The position numbers and the translations under genes were made by a program. The notes beneath the pieces are model-generated. The model was not told the DNA's origin. It searched no databases and saw only the letters and a program-made list of their open reading frames with translations. From assembly GCA_965216565.1 (NCBI GenBank), contig OZ244170.1, forward strand, positions 160,001 through 224,000: DNA of 64,000 bases, given 5' to 3'. Below are positions 1 through 9,118 of the stretch, one piece after another (positions within the stretch are counted from its first letter, which is position 1; every line of letters starts with the position of its first letter). The DNA comes from Bythopirellula sp. Lineage in GTDB: Bacteria; Planctomycetota; Planctomycetia; Pirellulales; Lacipirellulaceae.

Positions 1-1590
1 ATTTGTGCCGCGACCTTGACTCACGGTATAGCCAGCCCCATTGGTGAGAATCTGGGGTGTGGGGGCATAGTGGATGGTGTTGAAAGCTATAGTCAGGCTT
101 GGGTCTAGTGTTGGGTTGAGAATCTGAAGATCATTGGGAATCAAGGGATCGTAGATATCCGGATCATGGAATAGCGGTACTTGATTGGTGATCCAGGTGT
201 TTTGGTATTCGATTCCTAGTGACTTGTCTGCGCCATCAGCCTGCGTGGCGAATTTCGAATTCTGCCGGGCAGACCTTAAGAGGATTTCCTGTACATCACG
301 CCAGTGCAGGTTCGGGTTGGCTTCGAGCATCAGGGCGACCACGCCGCTGACCATTGGCGTAGCAGCGGAAGTGCCATTGAATCGAGAGGTATAATCGATG
401 TCTTCGAGAAAATCTCTATCGCCTGTGAGTCCACCCGTATTGTCAGAAGTGTTGAAACCAGCTTCGCCAATAAGATCGGTGGTAAGAATACCACTGCCAA
501 TCCCATCGTCATTAAAGATGCTTAACGCATTGGAACCCGTAGGAGCGGCAACAAGTACTGAGGCGCCAATCTCCATGTAGCTTGTAACCGTACCGTCAAC
601 ATTGTTGTACTCACCATCGTGATCGACGCCCGTCACGCCGATCGTGTAACGAGAGTTAACCCATCCGTTGTAACTAGATGAATCTTGTGCAGGAGGACCA
701 ACGCCCACGCTTGACGCGCTATTACCCGAGGCAAATACGTGAATAACTCCCAGTGGATTGCCATTGTCGTCGACACGTCCAAAGAAGATGGAGTCTCTCA
801 AACCTAAGAACTCATCAGGAGTGGGACCAGAGACCGAACGTCCACCTCCCGGGCCCCAGCTATTGTTAGTGATATCGATGCCATTGTTACCAGTAAACCG
901 GAAGGCATCGCCGATGGAGACTAAATTTACGTCTCCCATGGGGACCAACGTCGCGCCATGTGCCACTCCGGTGCCACCTAGGCCGTTTTCCGCGACAGCC
1001 CCAATGATACCTGCCACTGAAGTGGCGTGAGCGTCATCTGGTGCACCTGGTGATAAAAAAGACAAATCCGGATCGACATTTGAAGCTAGGTCTGGATGTG
1101 TCACTTGAAAAACGCCACCAACCTCGAACACGCCAACTCTAACGCCTTCACCCGTAATACCTGCATTCCAAACCGGCGCGACATTGATGTCTTCTCCAGG
1201 AATACCAAAAATGTTCTGGAAATCAGGCTGACCTACTTGTTGACCGACATTGATCAGGTGCCATTGATCCGAGACAAGAGGGTCGGTAGGTATAGCGAGC
1301 GGGGTGTAAGTAGTCGTTGCGTTGGATTGAGCCGCATACTGCTCCAGCTCCCGAGTCCAAATTGCCAATGCACCTTCTGCCGTGCTCGATGAGTAACTGA
1401 CCAAGTCTGAATAGATGCTGTCTGAGCTCGACAGAGTTAGCGGAGTATCCCCCGCCATCATGCGACGGTCTTCGAGCGTCTCAACAGAAAGCTGACGTTT
1501 CTTCCGGCGGCTAATGCCAGCCGGACGGCGTTTGGTGGATCGTGTGCGCAGAAAGCCTGTACGCTGACCGAATCGAGAAGAACTAGTCAC
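1..1590 (-). CDS. Secreted S8 (kexin/furin-like) serine protease, 3' end beyond window start
   Basis: Absent from the ORF track because it has no stop in the window; key segments translated by hand in one frame. GTG at 1590 with GAGG upstream. Basic leader ending LSVETLEDRRMMA, then INVAPVWNAGITGEGVRVGVFEVGG..THPDL, DAHATSVAGIIGA, VFASGN and FNGTSAATPMVSGVVALMLEANPNLHWRDVQEIL (kexin-type motifs). Confidence 0.9.
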   Translation of the reverse strand, partial: MTSSSRFGQRTGFLRTRSTKRRPAGISRRKKRQLSVETLEDRRMMAGDTPLTLSSSDSIYSDLVSYSSSTAEGALAIWTRELEQYAAQSNATTTYTPLAIPTDPLVSDQWHLINVGQQVGQPDFQNIFGIPGEDINVAPVWNAGITGEGVRVGVFEVGGVFQVTHPDLASNVDPDLSFLSPGAPDDAHATSVAGIIGAVAENGLGGTGVAHGATLVPMGDVNLVSIGDAFRFTGNNGIDITNNSWGPGGGRSVSGPTPDEFLGLRDSIFFGRVDDNGNPLGVIHVFASGNSASSVGVGPPAQDSSSYNGWVNSRYTIGVTGVDHDGEYNNVDGTVTSYMEIGASVLVAAPTGSNALSIFNDDGIGSGILTTDLIGEAGFNTSDNTGGLTGDRDFLEDIDYTSRFNGTSAATPMVSGVVALMLEANPNLHWRDVQEILLRSARQNSKFATQADGADKSLGIEYQNTWITNQVPLFHDPDIYDPLIPNDLQILNPTLDPSLTIAFNTIHYAPTPQILTNGAGYTVSQGRGTN

Positions 1591-2340
1591 CTATTTGTCC
1601 TCTACTCATAGCCGAACTCCTAGAAAGTGCGCATTGCACTCCCCATTCGCACACTGGCCATGTGCGACCTCGCGGAGCTTTCCGAGAACCCGAAGGTTTT
1701 GCCCAAATACTCGGTCGGCGTGGAATTGCTGTTCCTGTGGTGGGGACCGTACCTGGCGATACGGCCGGACTTGTTGGCTTCTCGGTGTGCTTATCCTGTG
1801 AGGGCTTTGCGAAAAGTGCGGCGCCTGCAGGTACTGCTGGCCTGACACCCGAAAAGTTTGAAATCCGAATTTCATATTAGTTTGGGTCCCCCTAGCCGTC
1901 AAATGTTTGTTGATCGTAGGAAGCCAAATTTTCCATATCTTTCACGCAATCTCGACTTCTTCTCCTGCTCTTTTAATCATTTCCAGCAAATCAGATTTTC
2001 TGAGATCACAGGGCAAAGAGATGGGAATCCTCACCTCAAAGCAGGTCATTACAGGTTTTGAGCTTGGGCAAATTGTCGTTCATTTTGGACGGACCGCTAG
2101 CAAATCGGGTTGGGTAAACCTTGCTGAATTAAAGAATTCTTTGTTCTGTACGGAAATTGCTGATTATCCGCGTTCGAACGATCCGATAACGACTTCCGAG
2201 CTACAAGTATTTAGTAGCTGGCCGTACCACTCTTCGGTGGGAGTCATGTGACTACGACTGAAGTGTTTAAAACGGAAAATAATTGTCGATCGCCAGATCC
2301 AAATGCAAACCAGTCTGGCGATGTGAGGGGGATATCAGGG

Positions 2341-3642
2341 ATGAGATTTAATTCACAGTACTTTTTCTCTGTACTGACTCTGGCGCTGGCCACTTGTGGG
2401 TTGTTGCTGGAAGGGGCCTCTGCGCAGCAGATGAATCATCAGGGCGGTGGTATACCTCCCCAGGCTGTGCCTCCACTACCTGCAGCGCCTCTAGCGGGCG
2501 GAATGTCTGCGGCTCAAGGTGGAGCTTATATGGATGTTCACGGTCGCCCCTTGGTGATGCCGGCAAGCTATTGTCAGGGCTGTCCGGGTGGATGTCCTGG
2601 AGGTGCCGGTGGTTGCTATGGCGGCGGTGGCATAGGAGGAGCCTACGGTGACCCGATGGCTGTCGACTTTGGTGGCTATGCCCAAGAGCAATGCGGGCCT
2701 CATTACTTCGATGTGCAAGCTGGCGTTGTTTTCTTCGAGATGGAAGACGTCTTCGACGGTCTGGGACCCTTCAGCCAATTAGGCGCAGGATCCAACATTC
2801 GGTTTTTGGATCCAGCAGCAGATTTTGGCGAATACGAACCTGGCTGGGAGATTGCCTTCCGATACGATATTGGCCCTTTGGCGGTTCTGGAGGCGGAGTA
2901 CACAGGGCTCTACGACATTGGTTTCTCCGACTCGGTGGCGGACCCGAATAGCAACAACTCGCTAGTGAGCGTGTTTTCAGACTTCGGACTCGGAACCCCA
3001 ATTGCGGGGATCGATGATGCCAATCTGCATTCTGCCGAATACGAAGCCGATCTACAGAGCACGGCCATCAACTACCGTCGCTACTGGGTAGGACATAGTC
3101 CCAGCATTTCAGGAACTTGGTTGTTGGGAGCTCGCTATATTCGGTTCACGGATGATTTTGACTTTGTTGCGCAGACATTCAGTGCCGTGCCGGCTCCAGG
3201 TGCAAATGTTGAGACTGGTAGGCTTGCTTGGAGCGGGGAAAATGACCTGGTCGGTTTCCATTTTGGGGGCGATGCATCGGCCTGCCTTCGCCAGGGACTC
3301 CGAGTGAACTGTGAAGCCACCACAGGTATCTACAACAATCGTTTCAAGGTTCAGAATGCAAATTCTGGGTTGTTCGAGGATCCGAACGATCCGTCAGGCT
3401 TCAACGCAGATGGAAACCAAGTGGCGTTTGCGACAGAGGCCGAAGTCTCTGTAATCGCCGATATCTTGCCAAGCTGGTCCTTACGGGCGGGCTACAAGGT
3501 GCTCTTCATCAATAGCCTGGCAACTGCTGAGAACAATATCTCGCAATCGCCTGCCGTCGTTCAGGCGGGGGGGCAGGATCCTGTCTTGCAGCAAGGCCTG
3601 CTATTCCACGGATTCCAAGGCGGGCTCGAGTACATCTGGTAG
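2341..3642 (+). CDS. Planctomycete outer-membrane beta-barrel protein (BBP7/DUF1551-like)
   Basis: Start moved to ATG 2341, which gives a signal peptide ending ASA-QQ. Cys/Gly-rich N-terminal region, amphipathic strands (GARYIRFTDDF, ENDLVGFHFG, WSLRAGYKVLFI) and C-terminal beta-signal HGFQGGLEYIW. Confidence 0.75.
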   Translation: MRFNSQYFFSVLTLALATCGLLLEGASAQQMNHQGGGIPPQAVPPLPAAPLAGGMSAAQGGAYMDVHGRPLVMPASYCQGCPGGCPGGAGGCYGGGGIGGAYGDPMAVDFGGYAQEQCGPHYFDVQAGVVFFEMEDVFDGLGPFSQLGAGSNIRFLDPAADFGEYEPGWEIAFRYDIGPLAVLEAEYTGLYDIGFSDSVADPNSNNSLVSVFSDFGLGTPIAGIDDANLHSAEYEADLQSTAINYRRYWVGHSPSISGTWLLGARYIRFTDDFDFVAQTFSAVPAPGANVETGRLAWSGENDLVGFHFGGDASACLRQGLRVNCEATTGIYNNRFKVQNANSGLFEDPNDPSGFNADGNQVAFATEAEVSVIADILPSWSLRAGYKVLFINSLATAENNISQSPAVVQAGGQDPVLQQGLLFHGFQGGLEYIW

Positions 3643-3730
3643 AAGGGCATAGATGCTGAGGCATGTTTAATTCCCGAATCCTGCTGTCATTGTCGCTATT
3701 CGGGCGCGATTTTTCGGCTCTATAAGTTTT

Positions 3731-3759
3731 TTGCCGATTTCCGATTCTCTAAGTACAAT
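3731..3759 (+). promoter_or_regulatory. Candidate sigma70 promoter for the large secreted protein
   Basis: TTGCCG-N17-TACAAT, about 70 bp upstream of ATG 3829. Confidence 0.45.
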
Positions 3760-3828
3760 AAGACGAAGTCTGCGGGTAAAATTGGTTCCGCGGGACTTAG
3801 GGGCTCTCGTACTTAGGGAACATCTAGA

Positions 3829-6800
3829 ATGGCAAAAGGTAAACGGCGGCGGGGACGGCGCGCGCCGAATCGAAGTAACGGAACATTTTCTCTTTCCTCG
3901 CGAAAACGCTCATCCACAGCGGATTCTTTTCATTCTCGCCCTCTGCGGCTCGAAGAGTTGGAAGATCGCCGGATGCTGGCTGTCTTCGTCGTCAATAATT
4001 TTGGCGATCTCAATGGTGACCAAACCGTAGTCGTGGGATCCCTGCGGCAGGCGGTCCAAGAGTCGAATGCGGAAGAAGGTCGGGATCAAATTATCTTCGC
4101 CGACTACTTGTTTGATGGTGGTATTGCGGGATCCATCGGTCTAGACGGGCGGGACGCCGGCGGTGAACTCGTCCTTAGCGACGTTGCCGGCGTTGATATT
4201 ATTGGTCCCGGCCCAGGGCTCTTGACCATCTTTGCTGGGGGCAACAACCGCATATTTGCCGTTGATGATGGTAGCGACACTGTTATCTCCTCGCATACCA
4301 TCTCAGGGGTCACGCTCAGTGGCGGGAGTCCAGACGCAGAAGACCGCGATGGTCAAGGTGGTGCTGTCTTCTCGGTCGAAAACCTGACGCTCACCGAAGT
4401 CGACGTTGATGGCAACTTCGCACCCAATGGAGGTGGCGGAGTGTTTGTGAGTTCGGGCTTCACAACCATTGATCGTAGTCTGATCCGCAACAACACTTCG
4501 CAGACCAGCGGCGGCGGTGTTCAAAACGGTGTCATTGACCAGGATGATAACCTACCCACGGTGACGATCCAAAATACTACTCTCACAGGCAACACGGCCA
4601 TTGGTATTCCTGTAGATGACACGCCGACTGGGTATGGCGGTGGTGTATTTAGTGCCGCGGGTACAGCCAACATTGAGCAAAGCACCATCTACGGAAACCA
4701 AGCAGCCAACTATGGCGGTGGTTCTGCTACTCAGGGCTTCGATCCCGAAACGGACGACATGGGGATGGCGACCGTCTCTGCAGGTCTCGCTTATACCAAC
4801 ATTCGCTCATCGATTATCGTGGGCAACACGGCGATGGGCGTGCCCGACGATGTCGGAAGTGCCGGTATGACCGAAGCCGACGACATGACCCCTGCGATGC
4901 CGTTTGAACCACAAATTAATAGCGAGGGTTTCAATCTTTTTGGGGTGCTGTCGCATCCTCCAATGTCGGCAAACCCAAACATTCTATTGCCTCCCCAAGG
5001 CAGCGACGCCACGGGCGTGGATCCATCGACCGTATTCATCGACGATCCTACGATTTTGCCTCCTGCCCCAGCCGAGGCTTGGTTGAACGATTTTGGCGGA
5101 GTCCTGCCTGTCTTTATGCCAGATTTGAACAAAGCCGGTGGGCAGATGGCGATTGATATGGGTGACGACATGAATGTCCAGGGCGCCCTCGACAATCGCG
5201 GCTTCGGATTTTCGCGCGTCGCCGATTTGGCGGGTGGAATGATGCCCGTGATGGACATCGGCGCTGCCGAGGTGCAAGCCGGTATCTTCGAGGTGAATAC
5301 CCTTGTAGATGAGAGTGATGGTCGCTTTGCCGATGTTGTTGTGTCAGATGGATTTTTCCCAATCAACTTTACTAGTTTCGTACCGGACTTCTCACTCCGC
5401 GAAGCACTCGAGTTTGCACTTAAAAACCAAGATGCGCTGGACGGACAAGTAAACACGATCACGTTCTCTACGAACCTCACCAACGAGGTAGATCCGACCT
5501 TAAGCAGCCCCGAGCCGACTATTCTGCTGACTCAAGGGAGCCTCGATGTCCTTTTCCCGGTCATCATTGAGGGACCAACCTTATTCGGATTAGAAATTGA
5601 TGCCACGGGGAACGACCCTACACCTGGCATCGACAATGCGGATGGATCTAGAGTCTTCAATATTTTCGAAACCGTGGAAATCAATAATCTCATCATTCGC
5701 GGTGGCGACCAACAGGAATTTGGCGGCGCCATTTCCACATTTGGTGACCTGACTTTGACAAATGTCACGATCAAGGACAACTTCACCAGTGGCAAGGGTG
5801 CCGGAATTTATGTCGCTAGTGGAACGTTGCTGATCGAGAGTTCCACGATCCACGACAACGAAGCTGCCAGTAGTGGTGGTGGGGTGTTCCTTTATGACGG
5901 AGATGTGACGATCTCTAACTCCACGATTTCAGGGAACGATGCCGGCCTCCACGGTGGCGGTCTCGCGAATGAGTACGGGAATTTGGACATCCGCTACAGT
6001 ACGGTAACGCTCAATACGGCATCTTCCACGCTAGGTAGTGGACTGGCCAGCTACCGAAACGGCTACGCTGCTACGACAGTTCGCTCGAGCATTATTTCCG
6101 GTAACACTGTCAACGATGTGCAACACATTCAATTTGGTGCCGATTCGATTGTTTCGTTGGGTTACAACCTCGTAGGCACAGGCAACGCCGTAGTAGGCGG
6201 AGTCTTCAGTGCCAGTGGAGACCAGACTTTCACCGACGCCATGCTTGCGCCGTTAGCAAGACTTGGTGGTCCTACGCCCGTGCATCGGCTTTTGCCTGGC
6301 AGCCCTGCCATCGACGCCGGCGATTTGAATAATGCGGGTTTGGGTAATGTCCCCGACAACGATCAACGAGGCTTTCCATTCGATCGTATTGAGCCGATTA
6401 AAGATGAAAACGGCAATGTCATTGATCCTGGGCAGATCGATATCGGCTCTTATGAAAAACAGGATGACGTGTTGCTCGTAGGCGATGGGTCTCCAACTGA
6501 AGGTAGCTTCACAACGTTCTTTGACGCACTCACCGAGTCGAATCTTACTCCGGAAGATGAATCAATCGTCTTCTTGCCCACATGGGCTGGGGAGACGTTC
6601 CCCGGTAACCTATCCATTACCGATTCGGTAGAAGTTCTAGGGTTGTTGGGTTTCCGCTTCTTCGGATCTGGAATTTCTGGGTTAGAGATCCTCATTGACG
6701 ACGGCGATGCCGAGAACCTACTAGATGTTTCGTTCGACTCACTACGGTTCGATACTAACGTCCGCTTCGTAAGCAAAGAGAATCTGACGCTCACTAATAT

Positions 6801-8835
6801 GACGATGGTGGACAACACTTACACGGCTGTCGATTTAGACAACGACGATCTACCCGACCGCGAAGCCGGTGGGGGAGTGCTCTACCAGGAAGACGGAACG
6901 TTAACGATCGAAGACTCAAACTTTATAGGGAATTCCACAACGGCCTTCCTAACAGTGCTTGAACCTGGTGGCGGAGCTATCTATGCCAAGGATGCTGAAG
7001 TAGTGATCAACAATACGTTGATGTCTGGTAACACTACCGGGGCTTTGGGAGGAAACGGCGGCGCAATCTTTATCGAAGGTGGAACATTAACTGCCACTAA
7101 TCTCTACATCACCGGCGGTGCAGCTTCAGCAGCCACAGCCCAGGGCGGTGGACTCTATGCTAAAAATAGCACGGTGATGCTCACTAATGCCATTATCAGT
7201 GGCAACTTTACTAGCGGCTCAAACTCCGGTGGTGGGGCCATCGCTGGCAAAGACAGTGATATCACCTTGACGAGTCCTGCACTGTCGTTCAATACCACGA
7301 CTGGATCGCAGTCGAATGGCGGGGCCGTGCATGTGGAAGGCGGTAGCCTGACCATTACAGATGGCACGTTGCTGTTGAACGAAACGCGGGGGCATACTTC
7401 CTCCGGTGGCGCGATTGCCAGCCTGAATGCCGATGTGGTGATCGAACGGACCTCGATCGATCAGAACAATGTAACAGGCGACAATTCCCATGGAGGTGGG
7501 GTTCATGCGGAAGGTGGAACTTTGGAGATTCGCGATTCCACGATTTCCAATAGCATTGCCAGTGGAGACGACTCCAAGGGTGGTGGGCTCTTTACCGATA
7601 TGGGTCCAATCGGATCTCAAGGTGCTCTGCTGATCAATTCGACGGTTTCCGGTAATACGGCGGATGACCAAGGTGGTGGAATCTACAATGCCGGTGGACT
7701 GTTGCAGATTCAGTTCAGCACCATTACCAACAGTAGCGTGCCGTTCTACGGCGATGGCCCCGGCGTGGCGAGTTTTGCCGATGCGGCAACCACGACCACC
7801 GAAGTGCTTTCTTCGATCATTGCTGGCAATACAACGACGGCACCTGAGAATCCTCCCGGTCAGCCGAACCCGGATAGTGATGTCGATCTCGTCGGCGGCG
7901 GATTCACCAACTCCTTTGCATCATTAGGCTTCAATGTGGTGGGATCGGGGGAAGCAATTGGTGCGTTCACAGGCACTGGCGATCAAACGGGCATTGTCGA
8001 TCCCGGTTTGGCAGACTTGGGCTTCAACGGTGGCCCGACGCAGACACACGAGTTGACGGCAGGGAGTGTCGCCCTCAATGCCGGTGATCAGTCTGCAATG
8101 GCTGGAGTCAACGGTGTACCCGATAACGACCAGCGTGGTATGGGGAATAATCGAGTCTTCGGTTCAGCAATCGATGTCGGTGCGTTTGAGTCAACAATGG
8201 TAGTCGAATCTGCCACTCTGACGGCGCCGGAAGATATCGACGAGGACGGGATGGTTTCCGGGCTCGACTTCCTACTGATCCAAATGGGCCTTGGCACCCC
8301 AAATGCTACCAAGGCCGATGGCGATACCAATAACGACCAGATGGTCGACAGCGTGGACATCGCGAACTGGAATTCGGGCTATGGCACCGTCAGCAATAGC
8401 GCGGCCCTGGGGGCAAGCTCGACTCCTGCGATTGCTGCAGCAATCATATCGCCGGAGCCCGAAAGTGCATCCTTAGCAGCAAGCAGTGAACCGGTTGTGG
8501 CTAGCAGCTCGATTTCCCAATCGGCGGTTTCTTCTCAAGTAGCTTCGCCAAGCGCGAACCAAGCCGAGGGCACCAATGTCTTCATCACCAGCTTACGTTT
8601 CACAACGCCAGATGTGGTCTGGAATGATCCGTTTGGTGGCGGAGTGAGGGAGGCAGTGCTCGAACAGTTTGGCCAAGCCTTGAACACGTCGCCACGGGAA
8701 TTGATTGGCCCGTTTGCTTCGGGATTTGGGGACATCACCGCGGATCTCTTTGATCTATTCGAAGAAGACGAAGCGGACCAAGAATTTCGAGAAGAAGACG
8801 TGGTATTTGAAGAGCTTGGGGAAGCGGTCGTTTGA
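3829..8835 (+). CDS. Large extracellular protein: three CSLREA-like + right-handed beta-helix + choice-of-anchor Q modules, C-terminal dockerin-like pair
   Basis: Basic leader ending RLEELEDRRMLA. Module starts GSLRQAV, FSLREAL and TFFDAL. GGG/GGAI beta-helix repeats; choice-of-anchor Q ends (LARLGGPTPVHRLLPGSPAIDAG..DQRG..DIGSYE). Ends with DIDEDGMVSGLDFL / GDTNNDQMVDSVDI. Confidence 0.85.
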   Translation: MAKGKRRRGRRAPNRSNGTFSLSSRKRSSTADSFHSRPLRLEELEDRRMLAVFVVNNFGDLNGDQTVVVGSLRQAVQESNAEEGRDQIIFADYLFDGGIAGSIGLDGRDAGGELVLSDVAGVDIIGPGPGLLTIFAGGNNRIFAVDDGSDTVISSHTISGVTLSGGSPDAEDRDGQGGAVFSVENLTLTEVDVDGNFAPNGGGGVFVSSGFTTIDRSLIRNNTSQTSGGGVQNGVIDQDDNLPTVTIQNTTLTGNTAIGIPVDDTPTGYGGGVFSAAGTANIEQSTIYGNQAANYGGGSATQGFDPETDDMGMATVSAGLAYTNIRSSIIVGNTAMGVPDDVGSAGMTEADDMTPAMPFEPQINSEGFNLFGVLSHPPMSANPNILLPPQGSDATGVDPSTVFIDDPTILPPAPAEAWLNDFGGVLPVFMPDLNKAGGQMAIDMGDDMNVQGALDNRGFGFSRVADLAGGMMPVMDIGAAEVQAGIFEVNTLVDESDGRFADVVVSDGFFPINFTSFVPDFSLREALEFALKNQDALDGQVNTITFSTNLTNEVDPTLSSPEPTILLTQGSLDVLFPVIIEGPTLFGLEIDATGNDPTPGIDNADGSRVFNIFETVEINNLIIRGGDQQEFGGAISTFGDLTLTNVTIKDNFTSGKGAGIYVASGTLLIESSTIHDNEAASSGGGVFLYDGDVTISNSTISGNDAGLHGGGLANEYGNLDIRYSTVTLNTASSTLGSGLASYRNGYAATTVRSSIISGNTVNDVQHIQFGADSIVSLGYNLVGTGNAVVGGVFSASGDQTFTDAMLAPLARLGGPTPVHRLLPGSPAIDAGDLNNAGLGNVPDNDQRGFPFDRIEPIKDENGNVIDPGQIDIGSYEKQDDVLLVGDGSPTEGSFTTFFDALTESNLTPEDESIVFLPTWAGETFPGNLSITDSVEVLGLLGFRFFGSGISGLEILIDDGDAENLLDVSFDSLRFDTNVRFVSKENLTLTNMTMVDNTYTAVDLDNDDLPDREAGGGVLYQEDGTLTIEDSNFIGNSTTAFLTVLEPGGGAIYAKDAEVVINNTLMSGNTTGALGGNGGAIFIEGGTLTATNLYITGGAASAATAQGGGLYAKNSTVMLTNAIISGNFTSGSNSGGGAIAGKDSDITLTSPALSFNTTTGSQSNGGAVHVEGGSLTITDGTLLLNETRGHTSSGGAIASLNADVVIERTSIDQNNVTGDNSHGGGVHAEGGTLEIRDSTISNSIASGDDSKGGGLFTDMGPIGSQGALLINSTVSGNTADDQGGGIYNAGGLLQIQFSTITNSSVPFYGDGPGVASFADAATTTTEVLSSIIAGNTTTAPENPPGQPNPDSDVDLVGGGFTNSFASLGFNVVGSGEAIGAFTGTGDQTGIVDPGLADLGFNGGPTQTHELTAGSVALNAGDQSAMAGVNGVPDNDQRGMGNNRVFGSAIDVGAFESTMVVESATLTAPEDIDEDGMVSGLDFLLIQMGLGTPNATKADGDTNNDQMVDSVDIANWNSGYGTVSNSAALGASSTPAIAAAIISPEPESASLAASSEPVVASSSISQSAVSSQVASPSANQAEGTNVFITSLRFTTPDVVWNDPFGGGVREAVLEQFGQALNTSPRELIGPFASGFGDITADLFDLFEEDEADQEFREEDVVFEELGEAVV

Positions 8836-9118
8836 GTTGCTCAGCTAACTCAGGCGACAGGCTGGTAGGAGCCCGTGAAGGTTCTCCTCAGATTCGCAAT
8901 CGGCCGCTAGACTTCGAAAGAAGTATTGCCAGTATTTTCTCGCTAGTACTGTCTTTCCCGATAGGGCGGTTACGCCTCCCATATTTAGAGGGGGCAAACC
9001 GGGGTTCCCTAGTACAAATTTGCTTAGGTAGACTATTGGCAGCCCTTCATTGATTAGGGCGGCTGACGTAGGCTTACGTTAGGCATTCCAACTAACTTTC
9101 AGGAGTATCAATCCACTA

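Noticed and set aside
1640..1710. c-di-GMP-I riboswitch-like words (GGCAAA..GAAA..GGTCGCA) on the minus strand
   Set aside because: No clean GNRA-capped P2 or receptor-containing P3; an alternative fold explains the region better.
1595..2251. Short ORFs in the divergent intergenic region
   Set aside because: Overlapping frames with no RBS or motif support; treated as regulatory DNA.
4791..5483. Long antisense ORFs (also 45694-46572, 25357-26109, 21659-22327)
   Set aside because: Shadow or alternative-frame ORFs inside well-supported genes in GC-rich DNA.
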